Assembly (NCBI GenBank): GCA_034226945.1
Contig: CP120464.1
Location: 682,001 to 746,000, forward strand
Length of the DNA: 64,000 nt
Direction: 5' to 3'
From: Picochlorum sp. SENEW3
Lineage: Eukaryota
The translations under genes were made by a program, and so were the position numbers. Of the stretch, positions 60,606-64,000 are shown in pieces; position 1 is the stretch's first letter; each line of letters begins with the position of its first letter. The notes below the pieces were generated by a model. It was given only the letters and a program-made list of their open reading frames with translations. It was not told where the DNA came from and ran no database searches.

Positions 60606-62494
60606 ATGATGCGTCGTGTGCAAGAAGGTGGCTGAGTGCGTTTTCTGTTTAGGTTCACATCTGCGGTGCTACTACCAAGTCTTCTATGTATCCAAAGAAA
60701 CTATGGAAGGTGCCAAATGGTGCATTCATATAGCATGGACAGCGTCGGCCTCCTTTTCTTTTTCAGGCGTGTGCGTCCGTAAATGAGGACAATAAAAAAG
60801 GATGACCATCAAAACCACACGCTTTCACCGCTCGGCCACACTCAGCGTGCTTTTTTTCATCTCCCATCACAACGGAGTTTTGACCGGTGGTGGTAGTTTC
60901 TTTTCGATGTTGGTTTCCTTCGTCCGATGGAAGACCCCTTCTGATGGGAGCGCCTGGATATGTGGAGCATACAGCAGTCAGGAGGAGAGCTGATGAGCAG
61001 TCTTTCTTTGCTGTACTGTAAAAACACGACGAGATCTTCCCCATTCAAAGACGCTGCGCAGTTCTATACTACTATTACTATCCTAATTGCAACTCATGAA
61101 GTCTATGTAAGTAAGTAAGTACGCGTGCCTCGCATGATGATGATATTGAGAGATGCTCCAGCATTGCAGCTGCTGCAATGTTACTCTGGTGCTTGTCTCA
61201 GCTTGCTTGTTGTTGTTGTTGTGAAGACGACGATTTCTTTTCATTTTATTCTTGTTTCATGTCTTCTATTTATTCTTTTTATATATACTACTACTATTAT
61301 ACCTCTCTCTATCTCATATGTATGTTGTCTGTGTAGGGTAGCTCCTGGTTCTTCTTCTTGTGTGCATGAGACTTGTGTGCTTTGTTCTGTTCTGTTATTA
61401 TTGGTTGGTATTATTGCTCGTGTGGATTGTTGTTGGTGTGCATGTTAATTATCATTATTACATTATTACTACTACTATTATGAGATATTTACTTTCTTCT
61501 ACTTTTGATTGCTTTGCTTCTTTGTTGGTGTGTTCTCTTGTATTGTAGTAGCAGTAGCAGATCTTGTGGTGTCAGAGGAGGAGGAGTTGTTTCACGTGGT
61601 GTGCGACACTTTGATGAGTGCTTTTTTTAAATACTATACTATACAACACCCTTTTTATTTTGTGTATTGGCTTGGTTGGTATATTTTTGGTGGTGGTCCC
61701 AGTCAAATCAAGGGGTGATGGGAAGATCGCCATTCTTGTTGTCCCGAGAAGCTCCCTCTTCTTCAGACATGTGGCAGCAGACCTGTTTGATGTTTTGCCC
61801 TGGTTGTGCGACGTTTTTTTTACTGATGGGTGAGTATTATTATTGGTATTCTTCTTCTCCTTCTTACTTACTTACTTACTTAATATTGTGTCCTTCTGTT
61901 GATGTTGCTGTTGTTGTTGTGAAAAAGGACAGAGATTCTTTTCATTCATGCATAGCATAGTATAGTATAGATTGTTGTTGTGTCATTATGATTATTATGA
62001 GATTTTTATCTTTTGATTTTGGTTTTGCTTCCTTCTTTTGTGTTGGTTGCTGTTGTTGTTGTCTTCTCTTGTTGTTGTAGTAGTAGTAATAGAGGAGGAG
62101 GAGCAGTAGTAGTAGCAGAGCTTGTGGTGTGCCGTGTCTTTTGTTGTTGTCGTTGTTGTTGTATATATAGTAGTATAGGTGTTTATTATACTACTTATTA
62201 TTCTTCTTGATATTGTATTGTATATTCTCGTTCTTTTGGTGGTGTTTTTGGATGTTTTTTTAGTTGGTGTGTTTTTTTGGTTAGGGTATTTTGGTCTTGT
62301 TGGTGGTGTTTTTTGTTGGCTTTATTTTTGATTTTTTGGATATTTTCTTATTTTTGGGTAGTTTGTATATTATTTAATTTAGAAAATGTGTTTATTTTTG
62401 TTTGTGTGGTGGGAAGTGGGGTGACTATGGTGTTATATACCCTCATTACCCTCCTGCCAAGAACGACGGTATGTACAGGGTATAGGGTATAGGG

Positions 62495-62633
62495 AGCAAT
62501 ACGTAACTGAACGAAGTACACTACTCACGACGATGTTTTTTGGTACCTTTTTAAAAAAATTCCAAAAAAAATTCCAAAAAAAAAGCGACTAACAAACACA
62601 ATCTGATGGCAGCAATACGTAACTGAACGAAGT
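62495..62633 (+). other. Two Oxford Nanopore ligation-adapter sequences (assembly artefact)
   Basis: AGCAATACGTAACTGAACGAAGT at 62495-62517 and 62611-62633 is the reverse complement of the ONT adapter core (..TACTTCGTTCAGTTACGTATTGCT). Confidence 0.92.
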
Positions 62634-62991
62634 CTCTCCAATCAAACTCATACGGGTTGCTTTGCCCAGAGCTTGTTGTGAACATTGGTGGTGAATGCGA
62701 CGCGAACTACTCCTCCTCCTGATACTGGCGAATGGCGAAGATCTTTACACGGCTATTTCTTCTCATGAAGTCCATATGAGATGCCTAAAGTCGGCAAACC
62801 ACGGGTAAAAGCTCTCCAACCACCTTCGAGTCTGAGGCAACCACTGGTGGTTGATTCCTGGCCCACTGTAAAAACATGCGGTGACCAAGGTGGGTCCTCG
62901 ACCCGTGAATGCGCCATCTGGCCCCTTGCATAGGTTTTTTGGATACATATAAGACTTAGTAGCACCGCAGACACGACGATAGAGTGCTGAT

Positions 62992-64000
62992 GCGAGCACA
63001 ATCGTGTACCAAGCGTTGGAAAAGTGGCCCCCAGGCACACCCCTCCCTAGACGGCCGGTCACGAGGAATCTGGGAAATCGGAGAAATCTCTTTTTGAATT
63101 ACATCCATATAAGGTGCCTGAAGGCGAGAAACCAAGGAGCAGAGCTCTGAGGCGAGCACAATCGTGTACCAAGCGTTGCAAAAGTGGCCTCCAGGCACAC
63201 CCCTCCCTAGACGGCCGGTCACGAGGAATCTGGGAAATCCGAGAAATCTCTTTTTGAATTATATCCATATGAGGTGCCTCAAAGCGAGAAACCAAGGAGC
63301 ACAGCTCTCACGTGCCCACAATCGTGTACCAAGCGTTGCAAAAGTGGCCTCCAGGCACACCCCTCCCTAGACGGCCGGTCACGAGGAATCTGGGAAATCG
63401 GAGAAATCTCTTTTTGAATTACATCTATATGAGGTGCCTGAAGGCGAGAAACCAAGGAGCATAGCTCTCACGTGCCCACAATCGTGTACCAAGCGTTGGA
63501 AAAGTGGCCCCCAGGCACACCCCTCCCTAGACGGCCGGTCACGAGGAATCTGGGAAATCGGAGAAATCTCTTTTTGAATTTCATCCATATAAGGTGCCTG
63601 AAGGCGAGAAACCAAGGAGCAGAGCTCTGAGGCGAGCACAATCGTGTACCAAGCGTTGCAAAAGTGGCCTCCAGGCACACCCCTCCCTAGACGGCCGGTC
63701 ACGAGGAATCTGGGAAATCCGAGAAATCTCTTTTTGAATTATATCCATATGAGGTGCCTCAAAGCGAGAAACCAAGGAGCACAGCTCTCACGTGCCCACA
63801 ATCGTGTACCAAGCGTTGCAAAAGTGGCCTCCAGGCACACCCCTCCCTAGACGGCCGGTCACGAGGAATCTGGGAAATCGGAGAAATCTCTTTTTGAATT
63901 ACATTCATATGAGGTGCCTGAAGGCGAGAAATCAAGGAGCACAGCTCTCACGTGCCCACAATCGTGTACCAAGCATTGCAAAAGTGGCCTCCAGGCACAC
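62992..64000. repeat. 160-bp tandem array, more than 6 copies, runs off the window
   Basis: ATCGTGTACCAAGC at 63001, 63161, 63321, 63481, 63641, 63801 and 63961. Confidence 0.98.

Noticed and set aside
60985..61030. Hammerhead ribozyme (CTGATGAG)
   Set aside because: No GAAA core after the stem and not conserved in the 44.7-kb paralogue
62190..62420. Strongly C-depleted G/T tract suggesting strand-specific deamination
   Set aside because: It lies just before Nanopore adapter sequence, so low-quality single-read basecalls are the simpler explanation
62495..62633. 23-bp direct repeat as TSD or att site
   Set aside because: It is the sequencing adapter
59322..64000. Single foldback element with long inverted arms
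   Set aside because: The arms are separated by an adapter-containing junction, so contiguity is not trustworthy

Overview
Eukaryotic nuclear DNA from a very compact green alga. The short GT-AG introns, tiny intergenic gaps and plant-type genes look Picochlorum/trebouxiophyte-like; this taxon call is inference. Bases 1-39.8 kb hold about 29 tightly packed genes, mostly housekeeping (NTMT1, ACBP, dapA, RNR2, MFAP1, FIP37, PEX16, TRM11, UBA1, beta-CA, MLH1 and others). After MLH1 the sequence switches abruptly to a gene-poor, repeat-built domain (39.8-64 kb), probably subtelomeric. It contains: (1) a decayed Fanzor/TnpB-like gene whose 3' non-coding tail (candidate omegaRNA) recurs 19 kb away; (2) ten copies of a 31-bp motif in both orientations and a co-varying hairpin; (3) three nucleosome-length tandem arrays, two with 3-mer higher-order structure; (4) a candidate ~11.6-kb mobile element (45843-57490). 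That element starts T^TCCGAGTGGGTC, ends in a hairpin+CTAG, and carries a 17x150-bp array plus two intact, divergent, spliced orphan genes (~1250 aa and ~640 aa) with no recognisable transposase or RepHel; it is the best candidate for an undescribed system. Two Oxford Nanopore adapter sequences at ~62.5-62.6 kb show that the last 1.4 kb is probably an assembly misjoin.
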